Shown here: positions 15,679-23,953 of the stretch, in pieces
How the letters are laid out: each line of letters starts with the position of its first letter
How positions within the stretch are numbered: position 1 is the first letter of the stretch
Source of the DNA: a virus
Reading direction: 5' to 3' (one strand)
Length of the DNA stretch: 40,255 nt
Virus record (IMG/VR): IMGVR_UViG_3300017694_000009
Span: 1-40,255 of that record
Program-made: the position numbers and the translations under genes
Notes under the pieces: model-generated
The model's database searches: none
The model's input: only the letters and a program-made list of their open reading frames with translations
Told to the model about the DNA's origin: nothing

Positions 15679-16544
15679 TCCCCCAACGCTCCCCCGAATG
15701 GCACGCCGCCCGCCTGAACCGGGTCACAGGCTCCGTAGTGGGCGCCATCCTCGGCCTCTCCCCCTACATGACCCGCGCCGACGTCATGCGCAGCATGGTA
15801 CGCGCCTCTCACCAGGCAAGCAGCGAGTTCGCCACCAACCCGGCCACCGAATGGGGCGCGGCGATGGAGCCGCAGGCCCTCCAGGCGTTCGAATGGGAGA
15901 CGGGTGAAACTGTGGAGTCGGCACCCTTCATCCCTTACGATGATTGGTTGGGGGCCAGCCCCGATGGCTTCGTATCAGATAATCGTCTGATCGAGGTGAA
16001 ATGTCCCTACGGCCTGCGCAATTTCCCCACACCCGTCTTCAAGACGATCAACGAGCAGCCGCATTACATGGCGCAGATGCAGATCGAGATGCTGTGCGCC
16101 GATCTCGATCAGTGTCATTTCTGGCAATGGACGCCGCATGGCCATGACCATTTCATTGTCCGCAGAAACGATGATTGGCTCAACGCCACGTTGCCCTCAT
16201 TGAGGCAATTCCACGCCGAGTTCCTCCACGAACGCGACAACAACGCGGACGAGCATCTATCCCCGCGCCGCGTGACAATAGACACGCCCGAGGCCGCAAG
16301 GATGGTGGCGGAGTGGGATGAGTTGTCCGAGGCGGAGGGCCGGGCGAAAGAACGCAAGAAGGATCTACTTGCCGCCATGGTGGTGCTGGCGGGCGAGCAT
16401 AACGCGGAATTCGGCGGACGGAAGCTGACGTTGACGCGTCGGCAGGGAAGCATTGCGTACGCCGCGGTGGTCAAGAATCTGTGTCCCGATGCGGATCTGG
16501 AGCCGTTTCGGGGTAAGGCTAGCGAGAGTTGGGGGTTGAGGTGA
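15675..16544 (+). CDS. YqaJ-like (lambda Exo type, PD-(D/E)XK) recombination exonuclease
   Basis: N-terminus QRSPEWHAARLNRVTGSVVGAILG...IEVKCP is typical of YqaJ. The ATG at 15675 is coupled to the upstream ORF. Confidence 0.75.
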   Translation: MIPQRSPEWHAARLNRVTGSVVGAILGLSPYMTRADVMRSMVRASHQASSEFATNPATEWGAAMEPQALQAFEWETGETVESAPFIPYDDWLGASPDGFVSDNRLIEVKCPYGLRNFPTPVFKTINEQPHYMAQMQIEMLCADLDQCHFWQWTPHGHDHFIVRRNDDWLNATLPSLRQFHAEFLHERDNNADEHLSPRRVTIDTPEAARMVAEWDELSEAEGRAKERKKDLLAAMVVLAGEHNAEFGGRKLTLTRRQGSIAYAAVVKNLCPDADLEPFRGKASESWGLR

Positions 16545-16762
16545 TGAGGCGCCTATATGCTTGGCTTACTCACGGAATGGTGGTCGATTTGTTTGACCAT
16601 GATGGGGAGACAAATCGTCGTATAGCCTGGGAAACCGCCTTTGGATGGAAAGCAACAAGGTTCGGGTTAGGCGTTGCCAGCGTATGGCTTAATGATGACG
16701 GCACTACATCTGGTGCTTCATACGTGAAGAAGTGGGCTCCTATGTGGGACTACAGGAAATGA
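16544..16762 (+). CDS. Hypothetical protein (72 aa)
   Basis: ATG at 16544 overlaps the upstream TGA by 1 nt. Confidence 0.5.
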   Translation: MRRLYAWLTHGMVVDLFDHDGETNRRIAWETAFGWKATRFGLGVASVWLNDDGTTSGASYVKKWAPMWDYRK

Positions 16763-18570
16763 CCCTCCGCCCATACCAACAATCGGCCTGCGCCGCCGCC
16801 CTCTCATTCCTCCGCACCTCCGTATCCCCGTGCCTGATCGACGCGGCTCCGGCGGCCGGGAAGTCGCACATGATCGCGTACATCGCGGATAAGCTGCACG
16901 CCCTCAGTGAGGGCAAGCGTGTCCTCTGTCTCGCGCCCAACGCAGATCTGGTGCGGCAGAACAAAGCGAAGATGGACGATGCCGGTCATCCGTCCAGCAT
17001 CTTCTCGGCTTCGGCGGGGGTAAAATCGACGCGGCATTTTATCGTTATGGCGACACCTGGCACGGTCAAGAATGCTATCTCGCGGTTCACCAAGGGCGAC
17101 TATTGCGCGGTGGTGGTAGACGAGTGCCACGGCATGACGCCCACCATTCGCGACATTGTCGAAGCTCTGAGAGAGGCGAACCCCAACCTCCGCGTGCTAG
17201 GGCTCACGGGGACACCGTACGTCATGGGCGGAGGTTATATCTTTCGCGCTTGGCCGGATGACAGGACGAACGGTGACGACACGTGCCGTGAGCCATATTT
17301 TGCGAAGATGGTGTATCATGTGTCTGCAAAGGAGATGCTGGAAGCTGGCTACATAACCCCCATGAAAGTGGGCGACATCCACACCGCGGCCTATGATACG
17401 TCAGGCGTCTTCCTGCTGCCCAACGGCAAAGCAGACGACGCTAGTGTCGAGAGGGCCTTCGTTGGACACGGCCGCAAGACGGCCGCGATCGTAGCGGATG
17501 TTATTGAGGAGTCGCGCCTCCGGAAGGGGGGTGTAATGCTCTTCGCCTCCACGGTGGCACACGCACGCGAGATCATGGCGTCCCTGCCGCCAGAGAATAG
17601 CGCGATGTCCACCGGGGAGGAGTGTATGCTCCGCGGGCGCCCTGCTGAACACGGCGCCGTCATCAAAGCGTACAAGGCGCAGAAGGTCCGTTATATCGTG
17701 TCGGTCGGTAGGCTGACGACGGGCTTTGACGCCACGTGGACGGAGGTTATCGCGGTACTGCGATATACCGAATCCGCTACCCTGCTGACGCAGATCCTGG
17801 GGCGGGCATGGCGGCTTCACGAAGGCAAAACTGACTGCCTCCTGCTGGACTATGCCGGCAACGTCGAGCGTCATTTTCCTGATGGCAACATCTATCGGCC
17901 TACGATTAAGGCAGGCGGCACAGGTGAGAAAGGCGGGCCACTGGAAGTGGAATGCCCCGACTGCGGCTACATCAACGCATTCTCCGCCAATCCGGACTGT
18001 GCCGACTATAAGCTGGACCGCCATGGCTACTGCCTGGATACATGGGGCGTGCCGATCGAGACGGAATTCGGGCCGATGGCCGGGCACTTCGGCCGGCGGT
18101 GCAATGGGCTGGTGAAGGTTAAGCGCGAGCACGTTCGTTGCGGCTACTATTGGACCAGCAAGGAATGCGAGGCTTGTGGCGAAAAGAACGACATTGCCGC
18201 GAGGCGGTGCCGGTCGTGCAAAGCGGAGATCGTTGACCCGAACGAGCGGCTTGCCGGAGAGTTCAAAGCCCACAAGCGCGACCCGCGCCAGCCGCAGACG
18301 GACGTGGTGTTATCGATGGAGCAGAAAGAGTCGGTATCCAGAGCGGGCAATCGCACCGTGCGAACGGACTGGACAACGCCGCATCGTCAGTTCAGCATCT
18401 GGTTTACTCCCGACGCCAAATACGATCGCGCCCGCAAAGACTGGGCAGCGTTCGAGGAAGCAACGGTGCATGGACCGCCGGAAACCGTATCCTACGTGAA
18501 GGATGCAGACAGCAATTTTTATCGCGCGCTGGGCTATGGGCTGGCGGCGGATGAAGTGGGTGCAGCATGA
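16759..18570 (+). CDS. SF2 DEAD/DEAH-box helicase with C-terminal zinc-ribbon repeats
   Basis: MTLRPYQ..., Walker A AAPAAGKS, DEAH box VVVDECH, then CPDCG / C..C..C pairs. ATGA coupling at 16759. Confidence 0.8.
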   Translation: MTLRPYQQSACAAALSFLRTSVSPCLIDAAPAAGKSHMIAYIADKLHALSEGKRVLCLAPNADLVRQNKAKMDDAGHPSSIFSASAGVKSTRHFIVMATPGTVKNAISRFTKGDYCAVVVDECHGMTPTIRDIVEALREANPNLRVLGLTGTPYVMGGGYIFRAWPDDRTNGDDTCREPYFAKMVYHVSAKEMLEAGYITPMKVGDIHTAAYDTSGVFLLPNGKADDASVERAFVGHGRKTAAIVADVIEESRLRKGGVMLFASTVAHAREIMASLPPENSAMSTGEECMLRGRPAEHGAVIKAYKAQKVRYIVSVGRLTTGFDATWTEVIAVLRYTESATLLTQILGRAWRLHEGKTDCLLLDYAGNVERHFPDGNIYRPTIKAGGTGEKGGPLEVECPDCGYINAFSANPDCADYKLDRHGYCLDTWGVPIETEFGPMAGHFGRRCNGLVKVKREHVRCGYYWTSKECEACGEKNDIAARRCRSCKAEIVDPNERLAGEFKAHKRDPRQPQTDVVLSMEQKESVSRAGNRTVRTDWTTPHRQFSIWFTPDAKYDRARKDWAAFEEATVHGPPETVSYVKDADSNFYRALGYGLAADEVGAA

Positions 18571-18980
18571 AGTTCCCAGATGGTATCCCCCTCTACGGCA
18601 ACCCATCCTACCGTGGCTCATGCCCGCAGGAGTACGTGGAACAGGCGTCGATCATAAACAGGATACGCCGCGAGTATCCTGACACCTGGGGGCGTCTGGT
18701 TCTGCACCCAAGGAATGAGGGGCTGAAGACCGCAGGCCAGTTTTCCACCGTCCTGAAGCACAAGGCCGAAGGCATGGCGGTGGGTGCTGCGGATCTTGTG
18801 ATCCCGGCCGCCCCTTCTCTGGTGGTGGAGATAAAACGCCAAGATCACACCAAGTCACATTGGCAGGATGGCCAGCAGGAGTACCTTCTAGCCGCCATAG
18901 CGGCGGGGGCTTTTGCCTGCGTGGCGTTGGGCGCTGTTGGCGCTTGGGAAGCATTTGAGGAATGGAGAAAGCAGGTATGA
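18567..18980 (+). CDS. VRR-NUC domain nuclease
   Basis: GAADLVIPAAPSLVVEIKRQD (D...E.K). Usual partner of phage SF2 helicases. Confidence 0.7.
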   Translation: MKFPDGIPLYGNPSYRGSCPQEYVEQASIINRIRREYPDTWGRLVLHPRNEGLKTAGQFSTVLKHKAEGMAVGAADLVIPAAPSLVVEIKRQDHTKSHWQDGQQEYLLAAIAAGAFACVALGAVGAWEAFEEWRKQV

Positions 18981-19390
18981 GACACGAACGCATGTCCGAT
19001 GAGTTCGAGAAATGGCATCTAGACGAAGGCTTGGCCATTCATCACTTCACCGGGCCAGACAAAGGCGGCCCGCACGATCATCCGTGGGATTTCACGTCTA
19101 CGGTGTTGAAGGGTATGTATATTGAGCGAATCTATCATCCTGAACTAGGAAGTGTAGGATTAACAACGAGAATCGAAGGCGATACCTTCCGCATCCACGC
19201 CGAACACATTCACGAAATCGCAGCCGTATCCGAAGGCGGCTGTTACACCCTAGTCCGCTTCGGACCACACCGCCGCACAACCCACTTTTGGAGGTTTGAG
19301 AATGGAAAAGCACAGTGCAGAGAATGGAACGGAGATTGGCACAAGCCCGGAGTTGCTGGAGGCCCGCAGGAAGGCAGCGGCGCAGTATGA
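18977..19390 (+). CDS. Hypothetical protein with HDHPWDF motif (possible cupin-like fold)
   Basis: ATGA coupling at 18977. Function not recognised with confidence. Confidence 0.55.
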   Translation: MRHERMSDEFEKWHLDEGLAIHHFTGPDKGGPHDHPWDFTSTVLKGMYIERIYHPELGSVGLTTRIEGDTFRIHAEHIHEIAAVSEGGCYTLVRFGPHRRTTHFWRFENGKAQCREWNGDWHKPGVAGGPQEGSGAV

Positions 19391-19475
19391 GGAGGGGCAC
19401 TCCTGCTACCGAGGCATTATGTCGGGGCAGTGGGACCTAGGATCGGTGGTACGGCAGCATCTTTCACATAAATAG
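19302..19475 (+). CDS. Candidate 57-aa ORF overlapping the 3' end of the previous gene in another frame
   Basis: Hand translation MEKHSAENGTEIGTSPELLEARRKAAAQYEEGHSCYRGIMSGQWDLGSVVRQHLSHK. SD GGAGG 7 nt upstream. It fills an otherwise empty 19391..19486. Confidence 0.4.
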   Translation: MEKHSAENGTEIGTSPELLEARRKAAAQYEEGHSCYRGIMSGQWDLGSVVRQHLSHK

Positions 19476-19486
19476 GAGAATGAGGT

Positions 19487-19699
19487 ATGGCGAAGGAACG
19501 GCCTCTCACAGAAAAGCAGATCGAGGCACTGAAAGCCGCTGAAGATACACTCTATGGCGATACGAAGCTGGTAGAGGGATATGGCCGCAGCCATCTTGGC
19601 CTGCGTAACCGCGGACTGATCGAAGGAAGCGTGCCTCATGTCTACCTCACAGACGCAGGACGATCTGTTCTCGCAAATATCCTCAACGGTCCGCCGTGA
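19487..19699 (+). CDS. Hypothetical protein (70 aa)
   Basis: ORF track. SD AGGAGA upstream. Confidence 0.55.
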   Translation: MAKERPLTEKQIEALKAAEDTLYGDTKLVEGYGRSHLGLRNRGLIEGSVPHVYLTDAGRSVLANILNGPP

Positions 19700-19967
19700 A
19701 TCTTACGACGACATGGGTATCCGACGCCCCGTAACATGGTGGCGGCAGGAAGTCCTTTCCGGCCGTATCCCATACTCACAGGCATCCCCCAGCATTCAAA
19801 GCTGGTTGCGCTACGACATCCACTTAGGCGCCATCGAGATCCTAGCGCTTCCACAACACGAAAGAAAGGCCGCACTGTCTCGTATTCCTGAGACGGTGCG
19901 GCCTTTGGTAGAGGCGGAGGTGAAGAGAGTTTGGACTATGCGACGTGCTGAGCGTAAGCAGCCATAA
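19638..19967 (+). CDS. Hypothetical protein (109 aa; alternative start 19713)
   Basis: ORF track. Its 3' end overlaps the convergent gene 19936..20289 by 32 nt. Confidence 0.5.
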   Translation: MSTSQTQDDLFSQISSTVRRESYDDMGIRRPVTWWRQEVLSGRIPYSQASPSIQSWLRYDIHLGAIEILALPQHERKAALSRIPETVRPLVEAEVKRVWTMRRAERKQP

Positions 19968-20289
19968 ACGCTTCGTAGCCCATCCCCAGATCGGAATCGT
20001 TGCGCTTGCCGTAGCGGAGAAGGGCCAACAACAGAGACTTCGACCCTGTCTCTGCCATCACGTCGTCTTCCGGCTGCGCTGTTGGTAATTTTTCCGCGAC
20101 TCCATCCGGGTTAGCAGCCATAAAGTCTCTGATCTTGGCGAATGTCTCCGGACGGCCGCCACCAGCACGAAGCCGATCCGGGAATCCGCATCCCACGCCT
20201 GCTGCCCGTGTAAGGCGTCCAATCGGGGTTTTGGTTCGGGTGCAATAAGCACCCATCTCGCGCAAAACCTTGGCGGCTTCAGGCTTCAC
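19936..20289 (-). CDS. Hypothetical protein with HTH-like segment (117 aa), second gene of an embedded minus-strand pair
   Basis: ORF track. ATGA-type overlap with the upstream HTH gene. The segment GVGCGFPDRLRAGGGRPETFAKIRDFM resembles the neighbouring protein. Confidence 0.55.
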   Translation of the reverse strand: MKPEAAKVLREMGAYCTRTKTPIGRLTRAAGVGCGFPDRLRAGGGRPETFAKIRDFMAANPDGVAEKLPTAQPEDDVMAETGSKSLLLALLRYGKRNDSDLGMGYEAFMAAYAQHVA

Positions 20290-20477
20290 TTTGCTTCCTC
20301 CATAAGAGTAAGTGCGTCTGACACTTTCTTGTAGGTGGACATCTTAGGGTCCATCATACCAGAGCGCCAACGCGACAAGGTTTCGGCAGCTACACCCGAT
20401 TTCTCGCAAACAACGCGCATGGGAATGCGCAGTTTGCGAGCGCGAGCGTAGAGGGCTTCGATTGGGTTCGTGTCCAT
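20286..20477 (-). CDS. Small HTH DNA-binding regulator (63 aa)
   Basis: VCEKSGVAAETLSRWRSG...P...TYKKV looks like a helix-turn-helix. It has no obvious SD and may be leaderless or weakly translated. Confidence 0.6.
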   Translation of the reverse strand: MDTNPIEALYARARKLRIPMRVVCEKSGVAAETLSRWRSGMMDPKMSTYKKVSDALTLMEEAK

Positions 20478-20525
20478 AGAGGCGACGGTAACGCATATCT
20501 TTTTTCGCGCAAGTCAATTTTATCG

Positions 20526-20555
20526 TTGACGCCACCCGCAAGCAGGGCCACAAGA
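20526..20555 (+). promoter_or_regulatory. Candidate promoter for the 20605 operon (TTGACGcc-18 nt-ACAAGA)
   Basis: cgTTGACGCCACCC resembles the TTGACACCC family. The -10 is weak. Confidence 0.3.
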
Positions 20556-20604
20556 GGGCATCAGCTGCCTCATGACGAGGCGGCGCTCATGATGGAGTGG
20601 TGCG

Positions 20605-20745
20605 ATGGCGCAGTTTCCGCAGATCGAAGCCGACGAAGATAGCATCTTCGACAACCTCGGCCTCCCCCCGGCCCGCTTCACGCCCGAAGAGGCGCTGGCC
20701 CGTCGCGATGCGCTCAACGCCTCTTTTTCGGTGGACGAGCTGTGA
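20605..20745 (+). CDS. Hypothetical acidic protein (46 aa)
   Basis: Hand translation MAQFPQIEADEDSIFDNLGLPPARFTPEEALARRDALNASFSVDEL. High GC3. SD GGAG. GTGA coupling to the next ORF. Preferred over track ORF 20597..20815. Confidence 0.5.
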   Translation: MAQFPQIEADEDSIFDNLGLPPARFTPEEALARRDALNASFSVDEL

Positions 20746-20924
20746 GCGCCGCCGTCTTTGCCGCCGAATACACCAAGGGGCCGAAGTCCGGCCCCAAGGC
20801 GTGGCTTACCCTTAACGTAATCGAGAACGGCAGCCGCCGGTTTATCGAGCAGGTCGGCGTGTCCGGCAAGGCCGAGGCGCGCAAGATCGCCAAAACTTGC
20901 AACGCAACGTGCTGGAACTTCTGA
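20742..20924 (+). CDS. Hypothetical protein (60 aa)
   Basis: ORF track. GTG start overlapping the upstream stop. Confidence 0.5.
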   Translation: MSAAVFAAEYTKGPKSGPKAWLTLNVIENGSRRFIEQVGVSGKAEARKIAKTCNATCWNF

Positions 20925-21229
20925 TGACCGCCCCCGCGACGATCGCCGAAGTGCTGGAGAAGGCGGCGGACTTGCTGGAGCCGGAGGGCCGGTGGACGCA
21001 GCATGCGTATGGTCGGTGGAATGGCAGTGGTTACTCGTGTTGGTGCATGTTTGGTGCAATTGATGCAATTGCGTCAGACTATAAAATCGGAGCACAATGT
21101 AACAACGTTGTGGACCGCGTTGTCGGCCAAGGCCTTGTCGACTGGAACGACGCCCCCGGCCGCACTCAGCCCGAAGTCGTCGCCGCTCTCCGCCGTGCCG
21201 CCGCTCTCGCTCGGGAGCAGGGCGCATGA
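20924..21229 (+). CDS. Conserved small protein, DUF6197-like (101 aa)
   Basis: LLEPEGRWTQ...C..GAIDA...WNDAPGRTQPEV pattern. ATG at 20924 overlaps the upstream TGA by 1 nt. Confidence 0.5.
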   Translation: MTAPATIAEVLEKAADLLEPEGRWTQHAYGRWNGSGYSCWCMFGAIDAIASDYKIGAQCNNVVDRVVGQGLVDWNDAPGRTQPEVVAALRRAAALAREQGA

Positions 21230-21408
21230 GCGTTGCAGCCCACGCCTTCACGGAGGACCGCTGCCCGGAATGCAAGGGCCGCTGCTACTTCTTGTCCGAC
21301 AATGGCCCCGCCCCGCAGGAATATGACTGCCCCGAGTGCGACGGTTCCGGGATTTATGTTTGGGATGGCCTGGTGCCACACAATGTCTTCCAGACTGCCA
21401 AGCCATGA
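21226..21408 (+). CDS. DnaJ-type zinc-finger mini-protein (60 aa; CPECKGRC...CPECDGSG)
   Basis: ORF track. Two CxxCxGxG-like motifs. Confidence 0.55.
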   Translation: MSVAAHAFTEDRCPECKGRCYFLSDNGPAPQEYDCPECDGSGIYVWDGLVPHNVFQTAKP

Positions 21409-21575
21409 GAAGCGTTCTTTCAGCTGCACGCATGGCGGCCCTTCAGGAAGACATGACTATCATATCCCATGAGATTGAAGACGCTATTCCGGGCTCAGGC
21501 TTATGGGATTGGCTGTGGCGCGAACTCTGCCGGATCTCTCGCGATATGAAGGAATTGCATAATGCAAAATCTTAA
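21405..21575 (+). CDS. Hypothetical protein (56 aa)
   Basis: ATGA coupling at 21405. Confidence 0.45.
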   Translation: MRSVLSAARMAALQEDMTIISHEIEDAIPGSGLWDWLWRELCRISRDMKELHNAKS

Positions 21576-21753
21576 TTACGGATGGCGCGATGCCTATGTG
21601 CAACGCCGCCAATTCGAACGACGCATTATGGGTCAACCAATCCATCCTATGAAGCATGTGCGCTTTAGCGGGCTAATGGTGAAAGGAGCGATTTTAATGG
21701 CTTCAATACTGTGCTTTGTGGCCTTTGGGCTATTTGCGGTGGGGGCGGCGTGA
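21562..21753 (+). CDS. Tail-anchored small membrane protein (63 aa)
   Basis: ORF track. C-terminal ILMASILCFVAFGLFAVGAA. Confidence 0.5.
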   Translation: MQNLNYGWRDAYVQRRQFERRIMGQPIHPMKHVRFSGLMVKGAILMASILCFVAFGLFAVGAA

Positions 21754-22667
21754 TGACCGACACCCCCATCCAGCCGGCCGCGCGTGACGCTGTGGTCGTG
21801 GAGCAATGCGATCGGGAGGCGGCGGCAAAGACAGCGCACCGGATCATCGTACTGCTAGGCGGCGGTCTGGACGGCTCTTTTCCTGCACGAGCGCGTGAAG
21901 GCGTTTGGGACAATCACTGGCTGGTGCAGGACGCCGCCCGCCACCGCCAGCTTGGCGAAGAGCGTGGGCGGGGGGAGACGATCGTCTGTGCAGGCTGTGA
22001 AGGTCGGCCAGCGCCCGAAAACAACCCCTGTGCGATCTGTGGAGCCACCCCACCCGCCGCATCCGAGCCGGGCGATCGGGCGGGGAAGTATGCTGACCTG
22101 ATCGCGCGGCTACGCGACCGCGCTTACGCCCTTCCGGCCGAATTGGCGGCGGACGAGAACGAGGCAAGCGGCCACTGTGGCGAGCGGGGAACGGACACGG
22201 CGGAGGACTATCTTGATGCGCCGGATGTTCTGCTGTTGCACGACGCCGCGGACGCCCTCGCCGCCCTCCCATCCACCCCGCCGGCTGCGGTGTCGCTGAT
22301 CGACGCATTCGAGATGGGTTATTCGTTCGCGTTCGACGTGACGTGTCCGCAATCGCGCGAGGATAGCCGCGCGATCGGGCGCCTTCTGGGCAGCACCGTG
22401 TTCGACCCAATCAAAGATCGGATTGACGAAGAAATAAAGTCGCGAGGCTTCAACAGCTTCCAAACGGCAGACGAGGGGATTTGCGCGGCAAAGCGCATCA
22501 TTCACGCCGCGTTCGCCACCCCGCCGGCTGCGGACGCGGGGGATGCGCGGCTGCGGGAGGCGCTGCGCAGGATTGCGGGCTTCTCCTTTGCCCGTGGCAA
22601 TACCGTCAGCGAGTGCGGCGAGATCGCTGCCGCCGCCCTCCGCGGCCATGGGGAGGCGGGGAAGTGA
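21753..22667 (+). CDS. Hypothetical protein (304 aa)
   Basis: ATG at 21753 overlaps the upstream TGA by 1 nt. No family recognised. Confidence 0.6.
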   Translation: MTDTPIQPAARDAVVVEQCDREAAAKTAHRIIVLLGGGLDGSFPARAREGVWDNHWLVQDAARHRQLGEERGRGETIVCAGCEGRPAPENNPCAICGATPPAASEPGDRAGKYADLIARLRDRAYALPAELAADENEASGHCGERGTDTAEDYLDAPDVLLLHDAADALAALPSTPPAAVSLIDAFEMGYSFAFDVTCPQSREDSRAIGRLLGSTVFDPIKDRIDEEIKSRGFNSFQTADEGICAAKRIIHAAFATPPAADAGDARLREALRRIAGFSFARGNTVSECGEIAAAALRGHGEAGK

Positions 22668-22963
22668 GCGACCTGATCTTGGCCTTGAATGGCGTATATT
22701 TCGATCAGATCGCCAGCGGTGAGAAGGTCGAGGAATATCGACTGCGCACCGATTACTGGCATAAGCGCATCGTCGGCCGCCATTACGATCGGGTCGTGCT
22801 GACACGCGGCTATCCTCGCGGTGGCGGCATCGAAGGCCAAACACGCCTTACCCGGAAGTGGCGTGGCTATCGCATGTGCGCGCTGACGCATCCGCATTTC
22901 GGCCCCGATCCGGTCAGCGTTTTTGCGATCGACGTAGCGCATGAAGTGGACCCCACCCGATGA
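22664..22963 (+). CDS. ASCH domain protein (99 aa)
   Basis: GTG at 22664 (GTGA coupling, SD GGGGAGG). LNGVYFDQIASGEKVEEYR is typical of ASCH. Confidence 0.6.
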   Translation: MSDLILALNGVYFDQIASGEKVEEYRLRTDYWHKRIVGRHYDRVVLTRGYPRGGGIEGQTRLTRKWRGYRMCALTHPHFGPDPVSVFAIDVAHEVDPTR

Positions 22964-23556
22964 CCGAGGATGCGAAGCTGGAGGCATGCCCGTTCTGCGG
23001 GGGCCCCGGCGATATCGAAAGTCAGCCTTCTTACGATCAGGCCGCCAATACCTACGAACGTCATCGCGGCTGGTGTGACTACTGCGGCTATGGGTTGGAC
23101 TGGCATAGCTATCTGCCGGACGCCATCGCCTCATGGAACACCCGCAGCCCCGATACCCGCCTCGCCCAAGCCGAAGCCGCGCTGAAGTTCTATGCGAGCG
23201 ACGGCTACCCAGGCGCTTGGACGCAGCCCGTGACGCCGGATCGGCGCTATCAAGGTCCGGCGCACTGTGGGCATCGGGCCGATGGCCCGCCCATTCCCTC
23301 GGAAGCCCTCTTGGCCGACCAAGGAAAGATTGCTCGCGCCGCCCTCTCCACCCTCGTCCAGCGCCAGCCGAGCCCGGCGGAGGTGCGAGCGGAGGCGATC
23401 GAGGAGGTGCGAGATGTGCTGCAATCGATCGTGGACGCCACGAGCGTAGGTAAGCGCGGATCGGCGGCCACGCGCAGCAAATACGGGAATTACCCGGCGG
23501 CGCTTTACCACCGCGCCATTCGCGCACTCAAGGATCAGGAGGCGAGCCGTGGGTGA
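22960..23556 (+). CDS. Lar-family (restriction alleviation) domain protein with C-terminal extension
   Basis: N-terminus CPFCGG...C.YCG...AIASWNTR. 198 aa. Confidence 0.55.
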   Translation: MTEDAKLEACPFCGGPGDIESQPSYDQAANTYERHRGWCDYCGYGLDWHSYLPDAIASWNTRSPDTRLAQAEAALKFYASDGYPGAWTQPVTPDRRYQGPAHCGHRADGPPIPSEALLADQGKIARAALSTLVQRQPSPAEVRAEAIEEVRDVLQSIVDATSVGKRGSAATRSKYGNYPAALYHRAIRALKDQEASRG

Positions 23557-23557
23557 G

Positions 23558-23704
23558 ATGACCCGCGAATATGCGGAGCGGCTACGGCGCATCTGTCTCG
23601 GCTTTGAAGACCCGGAAGACCGCTGCCCGTATCATCCTGACGAATGCGTATGCTGTGCGGCCCACGCTTTTCTCCGTCGCAAGGACACCGCCCATGACAG
23701 ATAA
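23558..23704 (+). CDS. Cys-rich mini-protein (48 aa)
   Basis: Hand translation MTREYAERLRRICLGFEDPEDRCPYHPDECVCCAAHAFLRRKDTAHDR. High GC3. Starts 2 nt after the upstream stop. Confidence 0.45.
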   Translation: MTREYAERLRRICLGFEDPEDRCPYHPDECVCCAAHAFLRRKDTAHDR

Positions 23705-23927
23705 CCTCGAAGCCGAAGCGCGGCGGGTGGCGGGGATGCTGACCGTCGAGCAAAGCGACAAGCTGCGGAATGCAGAGTGGCGCGGATCGGGCGTGTCGTC
23801 ATTCGCCGTCGTACCATGTCTGGGCGCCTACCTGTCGTCCTATCTCGTCACGATGCTGACCCTGCGCTGGGATCGCCTCACCCCCCTCGGCCTCGCGGTC
23901 AAGCGCGTGCTGGAGGCTGAGGCATGA
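23694..23927 (+). CDS. Hypothetical protein (77 aa), last gene of the plus arm
   Basis: In-frame ATG at 23694 of track ORF 23571..23927. The N-terminal 41 codons of the track ORF look non-coding. Confidence 0.45.
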   Translation: MTDNLEAEARRVAGMLTVEQSDKLRNAEWRGSGVSSFAVVPCLGAYLSSYLVTMLTLRWDRLTPLGLAVKRVLEAEA

Positions 23928-23953
23928 TCGCCACCGTCCTCTTGGTTGTTGCG

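Noticed and set aside
20597-20815. The 72-aa track ORF at the start of the 20.6-kb operon.
   Set aside because: The frame gives an Arg/Ser/Pro-rich, low-complexity product and overlaps two better-supported ORFs (20605..20745 and 20742..20924). Those have high GC3, an SD and GTGA coupling.
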